Below the pieces are notes generated by a model. That model was not told the origin of the DNA. It was given only the letters and a program-made list of their open reading frames with translations, and searched no databases. From positions 2,728,001 to 2,792,000 of the forward strand of contig NW_027361819.1 of NCBI RefSeq assembly GCF_039654945.1: a stretch of DNA of 64,000 nucleotides, read 5' to 3'. How positions within the stretch are numbered: the stretch's first letter is position 1; each line of letters begins with the position of its first letter. The position numbers and the translations under genes are program-made. Below are positions 1-11,300 of the stretch, in pieces. The DNA comes from Dendrobates tinctorius (lineage: Eukaryota).

Positions 1-1612
1 GCGCTACTGAGAAGGCCGCTCCCACCCCGAGAAGAGCGTCCGCGCTACTGAGGCCGCTCCCACCCCGAGAAGAGCGTCCGTACTACTGAGGAGGCCGCTC
101 CCACCCCGAGAAGAGCATCCGCGCTACTGAGGAGGCCGCTCCCACCCCGAGAAGAGCATCCGCGCTACTGAGGAGGCCGCTCCCACCCCGAGAAGAGCGT
201 CCGCGCTACTGAGGAGGCCGCTCCCACCCCCAGTAGAGCACGCGCCCTACTGAGGAGGCCGCTCCCACCCCGAGAAGAGCTTCCGCGCTACTGAGGAGGC
301 CGCTCCCACCCCGAGAAGAGCGTCCGCCCTACTGAGGAGGCCGCTCCCACCCCGAGAAGAGCGTCCGCGCTACTGAGGAGGCCGCTCCCACCCCGAGAAG
401 AGCGTCCGCGCTACTGAGGAGGCCGCTCCCACCCCCAGTAGAGCACGCGCCCTACTGAGGAGGCCGCTCCCACCCCCAGTAGAGCACGCGCCCTACTGAG
501 GAGGCCGCTCCCACCCCGAGAAGAGCGTCCGCGCTACTGAGGAGGCCGCTCCCACCCCGAGAAGAGCGTCCGCGCTACTGAGGAGGCCGCTCCCACCCCC
601 AGTAGAGCATGCGCCCTACTGAGGAGGCCACTCCCACCCCCAGTAGAGCATGCGCCCTACTGAGGAGGCCGCTCCCACCCCAGTAGAGCACGCGCCCTAC
701 TGAGGAGGCCGCTCCCACCCCCAGTAGAGCACGCGCCCTACTGAGGAGGCCGCTCCCACCCCCAGTAGAGCACGCGCCCTACTGAGGAGGCCGCTCCCAC
801 CCCCAGTAGAGCACGCGCCCTACTGAGGAGGCCGCTCCCACCCCCAGTAGAGCACGCGCCCTACTGAGGAGGCCGCTCCCACCCCCAGTAGAGCACGCGC
901 CCTACTGAGGAGGCCGCTCCCACCCCCAGTAGAGCACGCGCCCTACTGAGGAGGCCGCTCCCACCCCCAGTAGAGCACGCGCCCTACTGAGGAGGCCGCT
1001 CCCACCCCGAGAAGAGCGTCCGCGCTACTGAGGAGGCCGCTCCCACCCCGAGAAGAGCGTCCGCGCTACGGAGGAGGCCGCTCCCACCCCGAGAAGAGCG
1101 TCCGCGCTACTGAGGAGGCCGCTCCCACCCCGAGAAGAGCGTCCGCTCTACTGAGGAGGCCGCTCCCACCCCGAGAAGAGCGTCCGCGCTACTGAGGAGA
1201 CCGCTCCCACCCTGAGAAGAGCGTCCGCGCTACTGAGGAGACCGCTCCCACCCCGAGAAGAGCTTCCGCACTACTGAGGAGGCCGCTCCCACCCCCAGTA
1301 GAGCACGCGCCCTACTGAGGAGGCCGCTCCCACCCCAAGAAGAGCGTCCGCCCTACTGAGGAGGCCGCTCCCACCCCAAGAAGAGCGTCCGCGCTACTGA
1401 GGAGGCCGCTCCCACCCCGAGAAGAGCGTCCGCGCTACTGAGGAGGCCGCTCCCACCCCGAGAAGAGCGTCCGCGCTACTGAGGAGGCCGCTCCCACCCC
1501 GAGAAGAGCGTCCGCTCTACTGAGGAGGCCGCTCCCACCCCGAGAAGAGCGTCCGCGCTACTGAGGAGACCGCTCCCACCCCGAGAAGAGCGTCCGCACT
1601 ACTGAGGCCGCC
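1..1612. repeat. 41-bp GC-rich minisatellite (GCGCTACTGAGGAGGCCGCTCCCACCCCGAGAAGAGCGTCC and a ...CCCCCAGTAGAGCACGC variant)
   Basis: Direct 41-bp periodicity (units at 121, 162...); two unit variants occur in blocks; runs off the left edge of the window. Confidence 0.95.
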
Positions 1613-1861
1613 TCACACCTCCCATGGTATGTGCTCACGGCAGCCAATCAGCAGACATCTCAGCTGCACTAGAGAAATTAAACCTGACTGTGGTTGGTTG
1701 TTATGTGTAGCCAATCAGATCTCTGCAAAATAGAAAGTGAAGAGCTGGTTGCTATGGCTGCATCGTCCATCTTTGAGGCCTCACGGCAGGTCGTTATAAC
1801 CGGTCCTGGAGGCTGAGGAGGCCGGGGATGTTCTATACGGCCCGAGGTATCCTCCACTAGG

Positions 1862-2846
1862 TACACGGCTCAGCAGTCAGTATCACACAGGAGAGGATTA
1901 GATACACGGCTTAGCAGTCAGTATCACACAGGAGAGGATTAGATACACGGCTCAGCAGTCAGTATCACACAGGATAGGATTAGATACACTGCTCAGCAGT
2001 CAGTATCACACAGGATAGGATTTGATACACGGCTCAGCAGTCAGTATCACACAGGATAGGATTTGATACACGGCTCAGCAGTCAGTATCACACAGGATAG
2101 GATTAGATACACGGCTCAGCAGTCAGTATCACACAGGATAGGATTAGATACACGGCTCAGCAGTCAGTATCACACAGGATAGGATTAGATACACGGCTCA
2201 GCAGTCAGTATCACACAGGATAGGATTAGATACACGGCTCAGCAGTCAGTATCACACAGGATAGGATTTGATACACGGCTCAGCAGTCAGTATCACACAG
2301 GATAGGATTTGATACACGGCTCAGCAGTCAGTATCACACAGGATAGGATTAGATACACGGCTCAGCAGTCAGTATCACGCAGGACAGGATTAGATACACG
2401 GCTCAGCAGTCAGTATCACGCAGGATAGGATTAGATACACGGCTCAGCAGTCAGTATCACGCAGGACAGGATTAGATACATGGCTCAGCAGTCAGTATCA
2501 CTCAGGACAGGATTAGATACACGGCTCAGCAGACAGTATCACACAGGAGAGGATTAGATACACGGCTCAGCAGTCAGTATCACGCAGGACAGGATTAGAT
2601 ACACAGCTCAGAAGACAGTATCACAGGAGAGGATTAGATACAGGGCTCAGCAGTCAGTATCACGCAGGACAGGATTAGATACACGGCTCAGCAGTCAGTA
2701 TCACGCAGGACAGGATTAGATGCACAGCTCAGCAGTCAGTATCACGCAGGACAGGATTAGATACACGGCTCAGCAGTCAGTATCACACAGGACAGGATTA
2801 GATGCACAGCTCAGCAGTCAGTATCACACAGGACAGGATTAGATAC
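1862..2846. repeat. 41-bp tandem repeat (GATACACGGCTCAGCAGTCAGTATCACACAGGATAGGATTA)
   Basis: About 24 near-identical units; TACACGG recurs at 1862, 1903... Confidence 0.95.
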
Positions 2847-3865
2847 GCTGACATTCTGTAACAATATGTGGTGGAGTTTGTGGTATCGCAGGAGAGGCTT
2901 AGATACTTCAGCACGGTACCCGCTGGACATGACGTAGGGCTGGTAGCTGCAGGACTTGCAGTTGGGGGTCCGGCCTCCCAGTCCCTGGTCACTGCCCAAA
3001 CAGGTTGTGGTCCTGGGCGGCTGCAGGTATGTACCTGCCTGGAATGTGTACAGGTGTGTCAGTGTGGAATTAACCTCATAGCTGCCAGGACGGCTCATTG
3101 CAGTCGGGGATTGCATTCCCTTCTCTGGGGACCTGGTTTTGTCATGCCAGGGGCAGCACCTGCACCCCCCTCCTGATCAGGGACCGCCGCTCGTCACAAA
3201 CTGCTGATTGTCGGCTTCTATCTGCTGAGCTGCAGCATTCCCTTCCAATCCACATAGCAGGTAGAAAGAGGGCGCAGCTGTGGGCACGGTGCCAGGTATC
3301 CATAGTGTGCCAGGGGAGAACACGACTGTGCCCGTATTCTGCCCGCAGGACCCACTACTCTGCCAGGCGAGAAGATCCATCAGTCAGCGGCAGGTGTGGA
3401 GACTGTGCCAAACCGAGGGGCAAGGACTGTGCCAGAACAGGAGGAGCGGCTGTGTGCCAGGTGAGGGGCAGAGTATTATCTGAGCTGGCAATGTGACGGG
3501 TACATTGGTCTGGGAGACAAACCGAGAAGGACCAAGCCCCCTGTAGCTCCCGGGAGGACAGACGGTGTGCCAGGAGCAGGACATGACCAGGTAGGTGCCC
3601 TGTGCCCAGGGATAGGCAAGAAAAGCCTGTGCCCGAGGAAGAGCTGGCATTATGTAGCAGGGCAGGAATAGGTGGTATGGATCAGGGCATGGCTGCATGT
3701 AAAGATATCAGATGCAAATAGTAATCCTGTGCCAGGATAGCCAGGCATGGAGTGAACCGGGTGAAGGGTAGAAGCTGTCCCGTGGCAGTAAAGCAGTGAA
3801 TGCCCCATGGATCAAGAGGGGAACTGGAATCAGAAAAGTAGAGAATGCCGTCCGGCTGTGATGGA

Positions 3866-4560
3866 TGATAATAATCTTTATTTCTATGGCGCCAACATAT
3901 TCCGCAGCGCTTTACAGTTTAACAGTTCTAACCATAAGTCATAAGTAACAACGTTAACAATACAATCAGCCGCCCCTGCTGGTGAGAGCTTACACTCTAC
4001 AATGAGGTGGGGGAGATACAGAGGACAGGGGTGTATATACAATGAAGGTCCAGCCATCCTGAGGGAGTGAGGGATGGATGGAGATAGTGAATGGGCGACA
4101 CACGCACACTTACACATAGAATGACTGTGATTAGTGAACGTGATAAGCCGCTCTGAACAGATGTGTTTTGAGGGAGCGCCTAATACTGTGCAAATTGTGG
4201 ATAATCCTGATGTCTTGGGGTAGAGCATTCCAGAGGATTGGCGCAGCACGGGAGAAGTCTTGAAGTCGGGAGTAGGAGGCACGGATTAGTGCAGAGGTTA
4301 GTCGAAAGTCGTTTGCAGAGCGCAGCGGTCGGTTAGGCCGATGGACAGAAATGAGGGAGGAGGTGTAGGGGGGTGCCGCACTGTGGAGAGCTTTGTGGGT
4401 GAGATCAAGTACTTTGAATTGGATCCTATAATGAACGGGCAGCCAATGTAAGGACTGGCGAAGAGCGGACGCGTCCGAGTACTGATTAGCCAGGGCTGCT
4501 GCATTAAGTATGGACTGGAGAGGGGAGAGTCGAGTGCCGGGGAGGCCAATTAATAGAGCG
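3866..4560 (-). mobile_element. Degenerate L2-clade LINE 3' fragment
   Basis: Minus strand encodes decayed L2 ORF2 C-terminus (DFSRAAPILWNALP-like); the 3' tail resembles the better-preserved L2 copies at 26.1-27.1 kb and 44.9-46.0 kb. Confidence 0.75.
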
Positions 4561-4679
4561 CCCTAATAGTGGAAGAAAAGCTGATGATACCCCTGATGTG
4601 GAGGATACCCAGCAGAGCAGTGACTGCTTATAGCATGATGATAACCTGTGTCAGTAGAGGGTACTTTGTGGTACTAAAG

Positions 4680-5116
4680 GATAACCTGTGGCAGTAGAAC
4701 AGAGGATACTCTGTAGCAGTAGAATAGAGGATACCCTGTGGCAGTAGAATAGAGGATACCCAGTGGCAGTAGAATAGAGGATACTCTGTGGCAGTAGAAT
4801 AGAGGATACTCTGTGGCAGTAGAATAGAGGATACCCAGTGGCAGTAGAATAGAGGATACCCAGTGGCAGTAGAATAGAGGATACCCAGTGGCAGTAGAAT
4901 AGAGGATACCCAGTGGCAGTAGAATAGAGGATACCCTGTGGCAGTAGAATAGAGGATACCCTGTGGCAGTAGAATAGAGGATACCCTGTGGCAGTAGAAT
5001 AGAGGATACCCAGTGGCAGTAGAATAGAGGATACCCTGTGGAAGTTGAATAGAGGATACTCTGGCAGTAGAATAGAGGATACCCTATGGCAGTAGAATAG
5101 AGGATACCCTGTGGCA
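4680..5116. repeat. 25-bp minisatellite (GGCAGTAGAATAGAGGATACCCTGT)
   Basis: Direct periodicity, about 17 units, ending ~200 bp upstream of the first coding exon of gdpd3. Confidence 0.93.
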
Positions 5117-5339
5117 GCATATTCCGCTGTACAGCAGACATATTACGAGCAGCCATTAATCCTGGGCACTGAGCAGAGATTTTCCGGGCAGTGCCCATGG
5201 CAGACACAGTGAGGAGGTGGCTGCTGTAGTAAAGGAGCATCACTCCTCCCATCCTCTGTGTCCTTCACATCCTGCATCTGGATGATGACTCTCGGGGCTC
5301 TTCTCCTCAGGTCCTGCTGCTGGGCCCCATCTCCTCATC

Positions 5340-8300
5340 ATGGTGCGCTCCTTATATTACCTGGTGCCAGTCCTGGGGGGCTACGCTGCCACCTCCTATT
5401 ACTTACTGAAGAATCCCCACATCTTGCAGAAGAGGAAGAGACTGGCCTTCCACTGCCGCCATATCTCCCACCGTGGGGGTAAGTCATGTCCCTGTGGTGC
5501 CCAGACCACCCGGCACCCCAACATGTAACCCTTTATTATAGGAGGGATGGGCGCCCACCCTATATTTAGCAGTGTCACTAACACTGGTCAATTTCTGGGC
5601 AAGTTAGGTGACAACCACTGGCGCTGTAATAACACCTGCTGCTGAGGTTGTCAGACACCTTTAACATGCTTCAGAAAAGAAAACGCTGGTCAGGAGTCTG
5701 GGAAAGCTGGGCTGATGTTCACAATGACCTGATTATAATATGCCCCCTGTCCTCCAGGAGCCGGAGAGAAGATTGAAAACACCATGGAAGCATTTGATAA
5801 GTAAGTGGGGGGCAGCATTGTTTTGTGGGAGGGCAACGTTGATCTATGAGGAGCAGCATTGATCTGTAGGGGGCAGCATTGATCTGTGGGGAGCAGTGTT
5901 GATCTGTAGGGAGAGAATTGATCTGTGGGTGGCAGCATTGAACTGTAGGGGGTAGCGTTGATCTGTGGAGAGCAGCGTTGATCTGTGGGTGGGGGATTGA
6001 TCTTTAGGGGGCAGCATTGATCTGTGAGGCCAGTGTTGATCTATGAGGGGCAGCCTTGATCTGTGGGTGGCAGCGTTGATCTGTGGGGCCAGCGTTGATC
6101 TGTGGAGAGCATCGTTGATCTGTAGGTGGAGAATTGATATGTGGGGGACAGCGTTGATCTCTGGAGGGCAGTGTTGATCTCAGGGGCGGGGAATCTGTAA
6201 GGGGCAGCACTGATCTGTGAGCGGGATTAATCTGTGCTGGACAGCGTTGATCTCTGCGGGGCAGCGTTGATCTGTGGGGCAGCGTTGATCTCTGTGGGGC
6301 AGCGTTGATCTGTGGAGGGGAATTGTTGATCTGCGGGGCAGCATTGATCTCTGCGGGGCAGTGTTGATCTGTGGAGGGGAAGTGTTGATCTGTGGGGGCA
6401 GCGTTGATTTGTGGGGAGCAGCGTTGATTTGTGGGGAGCAGCGTTGATTTGTGGGGAGCAGCGTTGATCTGTGGGGCATCGTTGATCTGTGTGGGGTAGC
6501 GTTGATCTGTGTGGGGCAGCGTTGATCTGTGGAGGGGAAGTGTTGATCTGTGCGAGGCAGCATTGATTTGTGGAGGGGAAGTGTTGATCTGTTGGGGCAG
6601 CGTTGATTTGTGGGGAGCAGCGTTGATCTGAGAGGCGGGGAATTGATCTGTGGGGCAGCGTTGATCCCTGCGGGGCAGCGTTGATCTGTGTGGGGCAGCG
6701 TTGATCTGTGGAGGGGAAGTGTTGATCTGTGCGAGGCAGCATTGATTTGTGGAGGGGAAGTGTTGATCTGTGGGGGCAGCGTTGATTTGTGGGGAGCAGC
6801 GTTGATCTGAGAGGCGGGGAATTGATCTGTGGGGCAGCGTTGATCTCTGCGGGGTAGCGTTGATCTGTGGAGGGGAATTGTTGATCTCTGCGGGGCAGCT
6901 TTGATCTGTGTGGGGCAGCGTTGATCTGTGCGAGGCAGCATTGATTTGTGGAGGGGAAGTGTTGATCTGTGGGGGCAGTGTTGATTTGTGGGGAGCAGCG
7001 TTGATCTGAGGGGCGGGGAATTGATCTGCAGGGCAGTGTTGATCCGTGCGGGGCAGCATTGATCTGTGGAGGGGAAGTGTTGATCTGTCTGGGGGGGGGG
7101 GCAGTGTTGTTGTAATTCCAATACCTACTGGACAACCCCTTTAAGTGTTCCTTTTCTTACAGCGCGGTCACCCATCACACTGACCTCCTGGAGTTGGACT
7201 GTCACATGACTAAAGACGGATGCGTTGTGGTGTCACATGATGGCAATTTATTACGGCAAACAGGACACGATGTGAACATAAAGGATGTGACATACGAGGT
7301 AACGGCAGTGACGTGTGTGGATAGAGATATACACACAGTGTAATAAGACGTTCTGAAGGTCTCAGCTTTTTTCCATTTCAATATCCCTGCTGACCTCTCA
7401 CTATCACAGCTGAGGGTTTGTTACACTGTATCTAATCATGTGCAGGATGAACATCTCTGGTGTCCAGAGCGGCGGCCGTGTACTTTATGTGTGTTTTCTG
7501 CCCCAGGAGCTGCCGCCTTATCAGGAACATCTGGAGGTCACCTTCTTCCCAGGTAGGCTGGAGTCGAGGATCGGGTAACCTTCAGGGTGTTGGAGAACTA
7601 TAAGTCCCAGCTTTCCCTCTGACGTTTGTGTCCCAGGTCACATCTCGTCAGGTACAGACCACAGTATCCCTCTGCTGGAGGAGGTCTTCAAGAGATACCC
7701 GGATAAACCCATCAATGTGGAGATCAAGGAGGACAGCGATGACCTTATAAGAAAGGTAACTACTGCTGGGGGTGGGCAGTGCCGCCATGTGCCCCCATGT
7801 ACCGGCCATTTGCTCCCCATGTACTCTCCACTTTCTCCACATGTATCCGCTGCGTGCCCCCCTATGTACCCGTCGTTTTCCCCATGTACCCGCAATTTAC
7901 TCCCTATGTACACGCTGCATGCCCCCATGTACCCGCTGTGTGCCCCCATGTACCCAATTTATGCCCCCATGTACTTACCATGTGCCTGCTGTGTGTCCCC
8001 CATATACACGCTGCATACTCCCATGTACCTGCTGTTTGCCCCATGTACTCACTGTGTGCCCCCCATGTATGTGCCATTTGCCCCGTGTACCCGCTGTTTG
8101 CCCCATGTGCCCGCAGACAGTAATCTCATCATTATATGCAGGTGTCTGAGCTTGTGAAGAAATACCAGCGCATGGAGAGAACCATCTGGGCCAGCACCAG
8201 CGACAAGGTCATGAAGAAATGTCGGAAGGCGGTACGACTACTCTCCTCAGTGATTATTACTACTATCTCATCATCCTCTTGCATTATCCCATAGACTGAC

Positions 8301-11300
8301 ACTACCTCTGACTATTACACTCCCATCCTGCGCTCTACATCTTCTTCATGCTCCTTCTAGTATTACTCCATCCTCCTCCTCAGTACTCAGTTGGTCAGAC
8401 CTCATCTGGAATATTGTGTCCAGTTTTGGGCACCACATTTTAAAAAAGACATCAACAAACTGGAGCAAGTTCAGAAAAGAGCGACCAGAATGGTGACCGG
8501 TCTGCAAACCCTGTCTTATGAGGAAAGGTTGCAGGATTTGGGAATGTTTAGTTTGCAAAAGAGAAGACTGAGAGGAGACTTAATTGCTGTCTACAACTAT
8601 CTAAAGGGCTGTCACATTGTAGAAGGATCAACTTTATTCTCATTTGCACAAGGAAAGACTAGAAGCAATGGGATGAAACTGAATGGGAGGAGACACAGAT
8701 TAGATATTAGAAAAAACTTTTTGACAGTTAGAGTGATCAATGAGTGGAACAGGCTGCCACGAGAAGTGGTGAGTTCTCCTTCAATGGAAGTCTTCAAACA
8801 GAGGCTGGACAGACATCTGACTGGGATGATTTAGCGAATCCTGCTTTGAGCAGGGGGTTGGACCAGATGGCCCAGGAGGTCCCTTCCAACTCTACGATTC
8901 TATGATTCTATGATACTATCCTATCATCTTTTCTAATCATCCTTTCGTCTATTGCTACTACCCCATCACTCTCCTAGTCACCCCTCCTTGGTACTACTAC
9001 TCTCATCCTCCCACCACTTCATCTGACTGTACAATGCCGCCGGTGTCACCTCTCATTCTCCTGGGACCACCACTGATGCTTCCTCATCATTTTCCCTCAG
9101 AACCCAGAGATGCCGTTCATGTTCACCCCCCGCCGGGGCGTCATCCTCCTCCTCCTCTATTACACGGGGCTGTTGCCGTTCGTGGATTTGCCAGAGTCAG
9201 TGGTGGAGACGTACATGCCGTCCCTTATAAACAGGTCAGACTGTGGTATATACAGAGTGCAGGGGGTCTTTGCCGTATTCAGGAGGCGGGGGCTCAGCTC
9301 TATACAGAGTGCAGGGGGGTCTCGGCCATATACAGGGTGTGGGTGGGAGCTCAGCCCTATACAGGGTGCAGAGGGGTCTCGGCCATATACAGGGTGTCGG
9401 TGGGGTCTCGGCCCTATACAGTGTGCAGGGGGTCTTCGCTGTATTCAGGGGGAGGGGGCTCGGCCATATATAGGGTGCAGGGGGTCTCTGCTGTATACAG
9501 GGTGTAGGTGGGGTCTCAGCCCTATACAGGGTGCAGGGGTCTCAGCCGTAAACAGGGTGCAGGGGTTCTCGGCCGTATACAGGGTGTGCAGGGGATCGGC
9601 CATAGACAGGGTGCAGGGGTCTCTGCCGTATACAGGGCGTAGGCAGGGGCTCGGACATATACAGGGTGCAGGGGGTGTCTCTGCTGTATACAGGGCATAG
9701 GCAGGGGCTCGGACATATACAGGGTGCAGGGGGTGTCTCTGCCGTATACAGGGCATAGGCAGGGGCTCGGACATATACAGGGTGCAGGGGGTGTCTCTGC
9801 CGTATACAGGGCATAGGCAGGGGCTCGGACATATACAGGGTGCAGGGGGTGTCTCTGCCGTATACAGGGCATAGGCAGGGGCTCAAACATATACAGGGTG
9901 CAGGGGGTGTCTCTGCCGTATACAGGGCATAGGCAGAGGCTCGAACATATACAGGGTGCAGGGGGTGTCTCTGCCGTATACAGGGCATAGGCAGGGGCTC
10001 GAACATATACAGGGTGCAGGGGGTGTCTCTGCCGTATACAGGGCATAGGCAGGGGCTCTGACATATACAGGGTGCAGGGTGTGGGCTCGGCCCTATACAG
10101 GGTGCAAGGGTTCTCGCCCGTATACAGAGTGTGGGCGGGGGCTCGCCCGTATATACGGTGCAGGGGAATCTCAGCTGAATATAGGCTGCAGGGAGTCTCG
10201 TTTGTATACATGGTGTGCGTGGGGGCTCGGCCCTATACAGGGTGCAGGGGGTCTCGGGTGTATATAGAGTGAAGGGGAATCTCAGCTGAATATAGGCTGC
10301 AGGGGTCTCGTTCATATACGTGGTGTGCGTGGGGGCTCGACCCTATACAGGGTGCAGGGGGGCTCGGCCCTATACAGGGTGTGAGTGGGGGCTTGGCTGT
10401 ATTCAGGGCTCTCACCTCTTCTCTCTCTATAGGACGTATTTTCCCAGTCACTCTCTGATGAGGAGCCGCTTTCTGGTTTATCTCCAGGACAAGTAAGTTC
10501 TTCCCTGTCTCACTTCTTCCAGGGAAACTCCACATTGCACAGTACAGCACGTCATGGGTTAAAGGGAATCTGTCACCCCTGGAGGATTTTGAGCTATTAC
10601 TATGCGCATGCAGGTAATAGAATGGTTAAACCAGTGTTACCTGTCTGCCTCATACCTGCGGTGTAGAGCTTGAGAAATGCAGGTATAATGTCATACAGGA
10701 GCTTCTCACTAAGCGAGAAGATCATCAGAAAGTGAATTTATTTCCATTTTTCAATACAGACAGTGCCTCTCCTCTATTCTATAGAGTCATTACACACAGA
10801 GTGATCTATGTCACGGGTTTATTTCTGGTAATGTTGATGATTACGGCTTACAGCCAATGAGAACCCAAAAGTCATTATCTCAGGAAATTAGAATAATTAA
10901 CAATAAACCCCTGTAAAGGCTCCTAAGTGTTTATAAAGGTCCCTTAAGGTTCTGTCACACTTAGCGATGCACCAGCGATCCCGGCCAGTGATATGACGTG
11001 GTCAGGATCGCTGGTGCATCGCTAAGTAGTCGCTAGTGAGCTGCCACACAGGCAGATCTCACCAGCGACATCGCAGGGGTCTGGGGTCGCTACTTACCTG
11101 TCAGACGAGGCGATCCTGACATCCTCCTGCCCGCGTCCACGCGTCGCTTGTCAGCGCCACAGGAAGCCCAGCAGGAAGTGCCCGACGAGAAACGGCCCAG
11201 GACGTTCTCGCGCGATCAGCGATAACCAGCGGGGGAGCCGGTCGGAGGTAAATATCAGACATAGCGATATTGCTTAGTGTGACAGGCCCTTTAGTCTTTT

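Noticed and set aside
1760-1816. IFEASRQ...PGG* as a possible mapk3 last coding exon
   Set aside because: No match to the expected ELDDLPKE..LIFEETARF sequence.
2811-3116. Minus-strand ORF faintly resembling a Sushi/CCP domain
   Set aside because: Lacks the conserved Trp and first cysteines, has no flanking exons, and runs into a satellite.
6004-7135. 300-350 aa minus-strand ORFs (PQINAAP...)
   Set aside because: Open in all three frames because the minisatellite lacks stops; lies within gdpd3 intron 2.
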